DNA of 26,713 nucleotides, taken from contig JBGANF010000109.1 of assembly GCA_044222475.1 (NCBI GenBank), positions 1-26,713 on the forward strand, in the 5' to 3' direction. The DNA comes from Polyangiaceae bacterium. GTDB taxonomy: Bacteria > Myxococcota_A > Polyangia > Polyangiales > Polyangiaceae. A program made the position numbers and the translations under genes. Shown one piece after another: positions 1-11,088 of the stretch. The stretch's first letter is position 1, and each line of letters begins with the position of its first letter. Under the pieces are notes generated by a model. That model was not told the DNA's origin. It ran no database searches and worked only from the letters and a program-made list of their open reading frames with translations.

Positions 1-42
1 TCCAATGCGAGGGCGTCCATGCCGGCGCGTCGGGCGACTGAC

Positions 43-123
43 TCCGCTTCCGCTTCCGCTTCCGCTTCCGCTTCCGCTTCCGCTTCCGCTTCCGCTTCCG
101 CTTCCGCTTCCGCTTCCGCTTCC
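43..123. repeat. Perfect hexanucleotide tandem repeat (TCCGCT)x13.5
   Basis: 13 exact TCCGCT units at 43-120 plus TCC at 121-123. The tract ends 3 nt from the sthA stop codon (127-129). Confidence 0.97.
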
Positions 124-126
124 TCG

Positions 127-1515
127 TCAGAGCTTCGCCAGCGCGTCGTAGGCGGCGTACTTGAACATCTCGGCCAGCGTCGGGTAGTTGAACACCATGT
201 CGATGATCGTATCGACCGTCCCCCCGAGCGTGATCATCGCCTGACCAATGTGCACCAGCTCCGACGCTCGATCGCCGATGCAGTGGCAACCGAGCAGCTT
301 GCGCGTCCCCTTCTCGAACACGAGCTTGATGACGCCGTCCTTGTCGCCGATGATCTTGCCGCGCGCGTTGTCCCGATAGAACGCGCGGCCCACGGCGATC
401 GGGATGTTCTTGTCCGCCGCCTGCTCCTCCGAGTAGCCGACACAGCTCACCTCCGGGATCGTGTAGACGCCGTACGGCAACAGGTGCGACAGCGGCTTCT
501 TGTAGCTGAGCCCGAACGCGTGACAGACCGCGATGCGCGCCTGGTCCATCGACGTCGACGCGAGCGCGGGGAACCCGATGACGTCGCCGGCGGCGTAGAT
601 CGACGGCACGGTCGTCCGGTAGCTCTCGTCCACGGTGATGTAGCCGCGCTTGTCCGCCGCGAGGCCGACCTTCCCGAGGTCGAGCTCGGCGGTTCGGCCG
701 GTGCGACCCGCCGCGAAGAGCAGACGATCGCACACGAGCTCTTCGCCGCTCGCGAGCTCCACCACGATCTCTTCACCGCGTCGCACGACGCTCTTCGTCT
801 GCGCCTCGAGCCGAAAGTCGATGCCGAGGTGTTGCATCGCGCCCCGGAGACGCTCGCCCATCTCGAGATCGAGAAACGGCAGCAAGCGCGCGCGCCCCTC
901 GACGAGGGTCACCTCGACCTTCATCGCGGCGAACATCGTCGCGTACTCGCAGCCGATGACGCCGCCGCCGATGACGACCATCTTCTTGGGCAACCGGCCG
1001 AGCACGAGGATCGTGTCCGAGTCGTCGATGTCCTCGTCCTCGAAAGGGATGTTGGACGGGCGGAAGGGCGCAGACCCGGTGGCGACGAGGAAGAACTCGC
1101 TCGTCACCTTGCGGGTGACGCCGCCTTGCTCGTCGACGAGCTCCACCGTGTGCGCATCGACGAAGCGCCCGATGCCGCGGAGCTTGGTGACGCCGTGGCG
1201 GTCGAGGTTCCAATCGATCCGCGTGACCTCGAGCTCGCGAACGGCGTTCTTGCGCGAGAGGAGCTTCGGAACCGCCATGGCTTCGTCGAGCGAGACGGTC
1301 AGTCCGTAGAGCTCGCGCTGGCGGTAGCCCGAAAGAAAGATCGCGGTCTCGCGGAGGGTCTTCGACGGAAGCGTGCCGGTGTGGACGGCGGCACCGCCGT
1401 ACTCGGCTTCTCGCTCGACGATCGCGACCCGCTTGCCGAAGTACGCGGCCTGGACCGCGCCCTTCTCACCTGCCGGCCCGCCACCCAACACGACCAGGTC
1501 GAAGTCGTACGCCAC
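127..1515 (-). CDS. sthA: Soluble (Si-specific) NAD(P)+ transhydrogenase, flavoprotein disulfide reductase family
   Basis: FAD-binding GGGPAG, HTGTLPSKTLRE without CxxxxC, NAD-binding GGGVIGCEYA, GDVIGFPALAS, and C-terminal FNYPTLAE typical of SthA. GTG start. Confidence 0.88.
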   Translation of the reverse strand: MAYDFDLVVLGGGPAGEKGAVQAAYFGKRVAIVEREAEYGGAAVHTGTLPSKTLRETAIFLSGYRQRELYGLTVSLDEAMAVPKLLSRKNAVRELEVTRIDWNLDRHGVTKLRGIGRFVDAHTVELVDEQGGVTRKVTSEFFLVATGSAPFRPSNIPFEDEDIDDSDTILVLGRLPKKMVVIGGGVIGCEYATMFAAMKVEVTLVEGRARLLPFLDLEMGERLRGAMQHLGIDFRLEAQTKSVVRRGEEIVVELASGEELVCDRLLFAAGRTGRTAELDLGKVGLAADKRGYITVDESYRTTVPSIYAAGDVIGFPALASTSMDQARIAVCHAFGLSYKKPLSHLLPYGVYTIPEVSCVGYSEEQAADKNIPIAVGRAFYRDNARGKIIGDKDGVIKLVFEKGTRKLLGCHCIGDRASELVHIGQAMITLGGTVDTIIDMVFNYPTLAEMFKYAAYDALAKL

Positions 1516-1654
1516 GAGCCGAGCTTATCACCTTCCAAGTCGGCGAAACCCCGAGAAAAACCCGCGATCATGAGCGGGATCATGGGATTGTTGAATGGAT
1601 GGGGAGTAAGCTCCGTCCATAAGGAAGGGGTTCACCCCTAAGGAACGGTGCGTC

Positions 1655-2041
1655 ATGCGTCATCGATGGGCAATGCTCCTCACGGTCGCCGCGTCCTTCG
1701 CGGTCACGACCGCCTGGGCGGGGGATACGTACGACAAAGAACACACCGACGTCGTCCTGGCGCGCGCCGCGCGCATCGTGAAGGACAACTGCGGTCAAGC
1801 GAAGGACTCCGACGGAAAAGCGACGGGTCCTTGGGGGAAGACGAAGGTCTCGGTACAGCTCGGTCACACGGGCCACTCGATCGGCGCGACCATCCCCGCG
1901 CCGTTCGACGGCAAGCCGACCGGCAAGTGTGCGGTCCAAGCGTTCACGAACCTCACGTTCCCACCGTGGAGCGGACCCGACACGACGGTCGACGTCGACG
2001 TCGAGATCGTGAAGCCGGGCACGGCGCCCGCGCCGCACTGA
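1655..2041 (+). CDS. Secreted small protein with a TonB-C/AgmX-PglI C-terminal-like domain
   Basis: Signal peptide ending AWA-G. Helix ending in Cys (VKDNC), beta strands, then GKCAVQAFTNLTFPPWSG. AAGGA RBS upstream. Confidence 0.7.
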   Translation: MRHRWAMLLTVAASFAVTTAWAGDTYDKEHTDVVLARAARIVKDNCGQAKDSDGKATGPWGKTKVSVQLGHTGHSIGATIPAPFDGKPTGKCAVQAFTNLTFPPWSGPDTTVDVDVEIVKPGTAPAPH

Positions 2042-3403
<1,362 letters not shown>

Positions 3404-3539
3404 TCGCCCAGCGTAGCGCAATTGAAAAGTTTGCGTAGTTGATATGGCAGATTTCAGGCCGGTTTGGTCATTTTGCCCCAGCACCCTGAACTCGTTGCGA
3501 GTCCTTGCGAATCCGGCGAACCCAGGGGCAAGATGCGCT

Positions 3540-4727
3540 GTGGAGACTGGGCTCGACCGACTTCTCGCCGACGACGCGCTTCGTGAGCGACTGCTCACCG
3601 GCCGCCTCGGGCTCCTCGCTCACCCGGCGTCCGTCGACCGAACGATGACCCACGCCGCATCGGCGCTTCGCGCGAAGGGAGCTCGCTTCGCCATCATCTT
3701 CGGGCCGGAGCACGGCTACGGCGGCGAAGCCCAAGACATGATCGGCGTCGGTGACGCACGCGATCGCGACGGGACGCCCATCCGCAGCCTCTATGGAGAG
3801 ACGGAGGACGCGCTCGTCCCCGCGGCAGACGACCTCGGTCGCATCGACACGCTCGTCGTCGATCTCCAGGACGTCGGCTCTCGCTACTACACCTTCGTGT
3901 GGACCGCGGTGCTCGCGCACCGAGCCGCGGCTCGCGCGGGGGTGCGCGTGGTCGTCCTCGATCGTCCGAACCCGATCGGCGGCCTGCGCAGCGCGCTCGA
4001 AGGTCGCAGCCAGCTCCCGGCGTTCCGCTCGTTCGTGGGGCTCGAGCCCATCGCCGTCCGACACTCGCTCACCCTCGGCGAGATCACCGCGTGGCGCGCG
4101 GCAAAAGAAGGGCTCGCCGGGCTCACCGTCGTCGGCACCGACGCCCCCCGCGATATCGACGCGCGGCGCTGGGATCGCGCCATGCCGCTGCCTTCGCCGA
4201 ACATGCCGACGTTCGAGACCGCGCTCGTGTACCCCGGCGGCTGCCTCCTCGAGGGCACCAACCTCTCGGATGGGCGCGGCACGACGCGCCCGTTCGAGAT
4301 CACCGGCGCTCCGTTCGTGGACGGCGAAGCGCTCGCGCGCGACCTCGCCGAGACCAAGCTCCCCGGCTTCGTCGCCCGCCCCCTCACGTTTCTCCCGACC
4401 TTCCACAAACACGCGGGCAAGGCGTGCGGCGGCGTACAGATCCACGTGACCCATCCCGAGACGTTTCGGCCGGTGGCGACGTACGCCGCGCTCGTCGCGG
4501 CCGCGCACCGCCGCTCCCCCGACGCGTTTCGTTTCCGCACCGAACGCTACGAGTTCATCGACCACATCCCGGCGTTCGATCTCCTCACCGGCGACGCCGA
4601 AGCGCGCACCCGGATCCTCGCCGGGGCCGCCCCACGCGACGTCGCGGATCTCGTCTCCACCCTGCGCGCTGGCGACGCGGAGCTCTGGGACGAAGCACTC
4701 GAGCTTTCGATGCCGGTGCGGGTGTGA
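3540..4727 (+). CDS. namZ: Exo-beta-N-acetylmuramidase, NamZ (DUF1343/YbbC) family
   Basis: ETGLD, FGPEHG, SLYG, DLQDVGSRYYTF, LDRPNPIGG, PSPNMP, GRGTTRPFE motifs. Start set at GTG 3540; no signal peptide evident. Confidence 0.9.
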   Translation: METGLDRLLADDALRERLLTGRLGLLAHPASVDRTMTHAASALRAKGARFAIIFGPEHGYGGEAQDMIGVGDARDRDGTPIRSLYGETEDALVPAADDLGRIDTLVVDLQDVGSRYYTFVWTAVLAHRAAARAGVRVVVLDRPNPIGGLRSALEGRSQLPAFRSFVGLEPIAVRHSLTLGEITAWRAAKEGLAGLTVVGTDAPRDIDARRWDRAMPLPSPNMPTFETALVYPGGCLLEGTNLSDGRGTTRPFEITGAPFVDGEALARDLAETKLPGFVARPLTFLPTFHKHAGKACGGVQIHVTHPETFRPVATYAALVAAAHRRSPDAFRFRTERYEFIDHIPAFDLLTGDAEARTRILAGAAPRDVADLVSTLRAGDAELWDEALELSMPVRV

Positions 4728-4770
4728 GCATTCGAGCCGGAAAATCGCCGCGGAAAACGGCCACACCACG

Positions 4771-4800
4771 TTGGCCACGCGTGATTTCGTTCGCTAGACT
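4771..4800 (+). promoter_or_regulatory. Putative sigma70-type promoter for the kinase gene
   Basis: TTGGCC (4771-4776), 18-nt spacer, TAGACT (4795-4800), 11 nt before ATG 4812. Confidence 0.45.
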
Positions 4801-4811
4801 CGCGGTGCAAG

Positions 4812-6611
4812 ATGTCACGTGAGGCGCCCGACGAGTCTCTCATCGGGCGTACGATCGCCGGCAAGTTCGCCGTCGAAGCGTACGTCGGTGGCGGAGCCAT
4901 GGGCGCCGTCTACCGCGCCCGCCAGGTCGCGCTCGACAAGGTCGTCGCCATCAAGGTGATGCACAAGGACATCGCCAAGGACGAGAAGTACGTCCATCGC
5001 TTCAAGCGCGAGGCGAAGGCGGCCTCGAAGCTCGACCACCCGAACTCGCTCCGCGTCATCGACTTCGGCGAGGACGACGGCGTCCTCTACATCGCGATGG
5101 AGTACGTCGACGGGCGGGACCTCTTCCACCTCATCAAGGAGGGGTGGCCGCTCCGCGACCAGCGCATCGTCGACATCATGATGCAGGCGCTCGCGGCGCT
5201 CGCGGTCGCGCACGACCAAGGGATCGTCCACCGCGACCTCAAACCCGAGAACATCATGATGCTCTCCGGCAAGGACGACGAGGGCAACGAGCGCGACATC
5301 GTGAAGGTGTGCGACTTCGGCATCGCGAAGGTCGCCGAGGCCCGCAACGAGAACAAGACGGACCAGCGGCTCTCGACGAAAGGGCTCGTCGTCGGAACGC
5401 CCGAGTACATGTCCCCCGAGCAAGGCCGCGGCGAGCCGCTCGATGCGCGCACCGATCTCTACTCGATGGGCGTCATCCTCTATCAGCTCCTCACGCGTCA
5501 CGTTCCGTTCGAAGCCGAGAACGCGATCGGCGTCGTGCTCAAGCACGTCACCGAAGAGCCGCGTCGCCCATCGGACCTCTATCCCGGCGTCAATCCGAAG
5601 CTCGAAGCGATCTGCCTGAAGGCGATCAAGAAGAAACCCGAAGAGCGGTACCAGACCGCGCGAGAGATGCGCTCGGAGCTGCGCGGCGCGGTCGACGGGA
5701 TCGCTCCGCAGACCCAGAGCCTCCCGATCGCGGGGGCGCGGGCGCTCTCCGGACGCTCGTCCGGCCCGGTCGACTCCGCGCCGACGCTCGCGAGCGCGGC
5801 GACGATCCCGATCGACTCCAACGAGGTCGTCGCGCGGAGCGACGGCACCGCGCTCCCCAAGGACCGCCCAATCCCGGACGAGACGGGCGCGCACCCGGCT
5901 GGAGTGCCGCGGCGCTGGACGGGTTACGCGCTCTCTGCAGTTCTCGTGGTCGCGATCCTCGGCCTCGGCGCGTTCCTCACGAAGCGCTACGTCATCAACA
6001 CGACGACGACGACACCGACTCCCGGCACCGACGGCACGACCACCGGAGCTCCACCGACGTCGACCGGTCAGGTCCCGACCGTGACTACTCCGAACGCGCC
6101 GCCGAGCATCGCGCCGACGCACGCGCCCACCACGTTCGTGCCGCCGATCCATCCGTCGACGCGCGCGGACGCCGGACCGAAGGCGTCGGCGAGCGCATCC
6201 GCGAGCGCGATCCCGAGCGCCTCGGCCGCCCACTCTGCGAGCGCGGCCGTCAGCGCGACCGTCGCGCCGCCGATCCCCGACGCCGGAGTCGCGACGTCGA
6301 CCGGCCAACCGACCGTGCGGGTCGGACAGCCGACGAACGTGAAGGGCCTCGACCCGCACGCCGTTCGCAACGGCCTCGCGGCCCAGCACGACGAGCTCGA
6401 CGCATGCTTCCGCAACGGCATCAAAGCGGGCGACGCCAAGGAAGCGGCGACCCTCCGCATCCACGTGGAGGTCACGTCGAGCTCCGTCGGCGCGAGCGCG
6501 ACCGCCGCGTCGACCACCGCGCACACCGCGCAGTGTGTCGTCGGTGTCGTTCAGCACGCGCGCATCGGCGGCGAGGGTACCGCCGACGTCGACCTCGCGC
6601 TCGTGCCTTAA
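4812..6611 (+). CDS. Membrane-anchored Hanks-type Ser/Thr protein kinase with Pro/Thr/Ala linker and C-terminal AgmX/PglI-like domain
   Basis: GGGAMGAV, VAIK, HRDLKPEN, DFG, GTPEYMSPE; one TM segment (YALSAVLVVAILGLGAFL); low-complexity linker; LDACF...AQCVV C-terminal domain. Confidence 0.93.
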   Translation: MSREAPDESLIGRTIAGKFAVEAYVGGGAMGAVYRARQVALDKVVAIKVMHKDIAKDEKYVHRFKREAKAASKLDHPNSLRVIDFGEDDGVLYIAMEYVDGRDLFHLIKEGWPLRDQRIVDIMMQALAALAVAHDQGIVHRDLKPENIMMLSGKDDEGNERDIVKVCDFGIAKVAEARNENKTDQRLSTKGLVVGTPEYMSPEQGRGEPLDARTDLYSMGVILYQLLTRHVPFEAENAIGVVLKHVTEEPRRPSDLYPGVNPKLEAICLKAIKKKPEERYQTAREMRSELRGAVDGIAPQTQSLPIAGARALSGRSSGPVDSAPTLASAATIPIDSNEVVARSDGTALPKDRPIPDETGAHPAGVPRRWTGYALSAVLVVAILGLGAFLTKRYVINTTTTTPTPGTDGTTTGAPPTSTGQVPTVTTPNAPPSIAPTHAPTTFVPPIHPSTRADAGPKASASASASAIPSASAAHSASAAVSATVAPPIPDAGVATSTGQPTVRVGQPTNVKGLDPHAVRNGLAAQHDELDACFRNGIKAGDAKEAATLRIHVEVTSSSVGASATAASTTAHTAQCVVGVVQHARIGGEGTADVDLALVP

Positions 6612-6645
6612 AAAAAACGCGCCCGGAACTGCTGCTCCGGGCGCG
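6610..6645 (-). terminator. Rho-independent terminator
   Basis: Perfect 10-bp stem CGCGCCCGGA (6618-6627)/TCCGGGCGCG (6636-6645) with 8-nt loop, followed on the minus strand by 8 T (A-run 6610-6617). Confidence 0.9.
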
Positions 6646-6728
6646 GGGCTCGCGCGGGGTGGGGAGGGGCGCGAGCCACTCGAGGAGCGCCAGCGGTTGG
6701 GGAGGGGCTGGCCAGCGTCTCCTCGCAA
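6610..6728 (-). ncRNA. Candidate small RNA with two C-rich-loop hairpins plus terminator
   Basis: Hairpin 6681-6725 with loop CCCUCCCCAACC, hairpin 6647-6677 with loop CCCUCCCCACCCC, terminator 6610-6645, and possible promoter TTGCGC-N17-CATCTT. No credible ORF. 5' end approximate. Confidence 0.6.
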
Positions 6729-6733
6729 CTCAG

Positions 6734-6762
6734 AAGATGGGGTCCGCCTACGCGTCGCGCAA
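6734..6762 (-). promoter_or_regulatory. Possible sigma70-type promoter for the candidate sRNA
   Basis: Minus strand TTGCGC (6762-6757), 17-nt spacer, CATCTT (6739-6734). The -10 is imperfect. Confidence 0.35.
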
Positions 6763-6781
6763 GGGGTGTCCGATTTCCGCG

Positions 6782-6803
6782 ACCTGTCGGTTCGCCGACA
6801 GGT
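6782..6803. terminator. Hairpin just after the 6807 stop codon (terminator or 3' stabiliser)
   Basis: Perfect 9-bp stem ACCTGTCGG-TTCG-CCGACAGGT; no U-tract. Confidence 0.5.
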
Positions 6804-6806
6804 GCG

Positions 6807-7841
6807 CTACTTCGTTCCGCCTTCGTCGAGGTCTTCCGCGAGGTAGCTGAGGATGACTTCGTCCAGCGACTTGTCGCTGATGATGTCCTCGCCGAAGATC
6901 GAGCTGCCCTGCTGCGGGCGCGCTTGGCCGAAGATCGCTGCCGGCCTCGCCGGAGCGAAGCGAGGATCCCCCTTGGCTGCTGCCGGCATCGGCTTCACCT
7001 CGGAAGGCTCGGCTCGCGGATCGCGCCGACGGACCAAGTTCTCTTCGCGCACGGACACCGGGTGCTCCGACGCCGGCGGACGCTCGCTCTTTCGAGCCGG
7101 CGGTCGGCTCTTGACCGGCGGCGCATTGCTCTTCGAGCCGGTGCGCGTGCTCGGCGGGGGACGCTCGCTCTTCGGGCTGGGGCGGTCGCTGCGCGCGATC
7201 GGCGGAGGGCGCTCGCTGCGGCGCTCGGTCTTCTGCGGCGTAGTGCGGGGACGGCTGGGCGGAAGGCGCTCCTCGGAGGACTCGAGCGCGCGGTAGCGAC
7301 CGGTTTCGGGGTCGCCGGTCTTGCGTTCGCGCATGACCGACGGCGGCGGCGGCGGCAGATCGCGCGCGGTGGGCACGTACGGGTCGGCGCTCGCAGCGGC
7401 CGCGCGGTCGAGCGCGTCGAGGTCGAGCGTGAGCTCTTGGCTCGTCTTGATCGGCGGTGCGCGCTCGGGCTCGCGGGTGGTGTTCGGCGCCTCGTCCACC
7501 GCCTTGGGCGGGATGCTCTTCTGCGCAGCCATCTTGGACTGCGACCCACTGAGGACCGCGTCCTCGAGCAGCTTGTCGAACTGACCGTCGCGCAAGGCCT
7601 TGAACATCGCCTTGTGCTGGTCCTTCATCATCTGCTTGACCAGGTCCTGGAGCTTGGCGTTGCCGAGGTGCTCCTTGTACGAGGTCTTCTGCGACTTCAG
7701 GATGCGCCCACCGTCCATGAACAGGTGGGTGATGATGTGCGGGTGCTTCACGCCGGAGTCTTCCGTTTGAATGTGGAAGACCCGGTTCTTGTGCCGGACG
7801 TTGTTGTTGTAGCCGAGGAGCGGCGATATTGCCTTCGTCAT
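6807..7841 (-). CDS. Conserved hypothetical protein: folded N-terminal domain, disordered Pro/Ser/Arg linker, short acidic C-terminal helix
   Basis: N-terminus GYNNNVRHKNRVFHIQTEDSG...HIITHLF, C-terminus FGEDIISDKSLDEVILSYL, codon usage like real genes. Start may be 7841, 7862 or 7871. Confidence 0.8.
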   Translation of the reverse strand: MTKAISPLLGYNNNVRHKNRVFHIQTEDSGVKHPHIITHLFMDGGRILKSQKTSYKEHLGNAKLQDLVKQMMKDQHKAMFKALRDGQFDKLLEDAVLSGSQSKMAAQKSIPPKAVDEAPNTTREPERAPPIKTSQELTLDLDALDRAAAASADPYVPTARDLPPPPPSVMRERKTGDPETGRYRALESSEERLPPSRPRTTPQKTERRSERPPPIARSDRPSPKSERPPPSTRTGSKSNAPPVKSRPPARKSERPPASEHPVSVREENLVRRRDPRAEPSEVKPMPAAAKGDPRFAPARPAAIFGQARPQQGSSIFGEDIISDKSLDEVILSYLAEDLDEGGTK

Positions 7842-7942
7842 GACGGCCGTGAGAGCACCCATGCTCTCCACGAATCTTCAGACTACCACTACTGGCTCGA
7901 ACTTCGAATCGATCAGCCGCTGCGCGATTCGCCGTCCCCGAC

Positions 7943-10282
<2,340 letters not shown>

Positions 10283-10347
10283 GGTGGGAGATGAAGTAGC
10301 CGAGGTTCCGCCAAGGCTCAAGGCGCGGACGGGCTATGCTGCGCGCC

Positions 10348-11088
10348 ATGAGCTCGCACGAGACCGCCGTCGATCGCCTCCAAGCGATGATTCCGCGGCA
10401 AGGCTGGATCTATCGAGACGCGCATTATCTCGTCTGCGACATGGAGATCGACCCCGCCGCCGCCCGGCGCTGGGTCCCTCGGAGGCTCGGGCTGGCCGAG
10501 CCGGCGCGCGCGTCCATCTTCCTCGCGTACTTCCCGGACAATACCTTCAAGTCGGTCTACCGCGAGGCGGGGCTGCTGCTGCACGTCAAGCACTGGGGCA
10601 CGAGCGCGGTGTTCTCGCCGTGGATGCTCGTCGACGACGACGTGGCGCTGATCGTCGGCCGCGAGCTCCTCGGCTATCCGAAGAAGCTCGGCGAGATCTC
10701 GTGGTCGCTCGACGGCGATCGAATCTCGAGCGTCGCCACCCGGCGCGGCGCCGAGCTCGTGCGCATGGAGGGGACCCTCGGTGAGGTGCTGCGCGACCCA
10801 CCGCCGATGCTCGGCCGCCCGCACCGCAACGTCCGCTCGACGCTTGGGTTCGCGATCCCGCGCATGATCGCGTTCACTCCGCGGGAAGAGATCATCGAAG
10901 CGCGTCGCGCCAACCTCGAGGTGAAGCTTGGTGGGTCCGAGCGCGATCCGCTCCACGAGCTCGGCTTCGGACGCGTGCTCTCGAGCACGCTCTACCGAGT
11001 GAACCTCGGCGGGACCCTTCCGCCGCTGCCGCTGGGGCCGATCTCGCCGATGTTCTTCATGCGCCAGATCCTGTTGAGGATGCATTGA
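10348..11088 (+). CDS. Acetoacetate decarboxylase-like (ADC) family protein
   Basis: YREAG and GRELLGYPKK (Schiff-base Lys) motifs. ATG 10348 lies 7 nt after TATGCT. Confidence 0.85.
   Translation: MSSHETAVDRLQAMIPRQGWIYRDAHYLVCDMEIDPAAARRWVPRRLGLAEPARASIFLAYFPDNTFKSVYREAGLLLHVKHWGTSAVFSPWMLVDDDVALIVGRELLGYPKKLGEISWSLDGDRISSVATRRGAELVRMEGTLGEVLRDPPPMLGRPHRNVRSTLGFAIPRMIAFTPREEIIEARRANLEVKLGGSERDPLHELGFGRVLSSTLYRVNLGGTLPPLPLGPISPMFFMRQILLRMH

Noticed and set aside
43..123. Possible CRISPR array
   Set aside because: Contiguous 6-mers with no spacers, and no cas genes in the window.
19..1641. 540-aa + strand ORF starting with an (AS)n tract
   Set aside because: Antisense shadow of sthA, common in high-GC DNA. 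The AS tract is just the translated hexamer repeat.
6610..6728. Identity with Pxr, tRNA, SRP or 6S RNA
   Set aside because: No cloverleaf, SRP loop or 6S-like long hairpin seen. Identity with Pxr cannot be supported from the sequence; no sigma54 promoter or adjacent activator gene. Needs cmscan.
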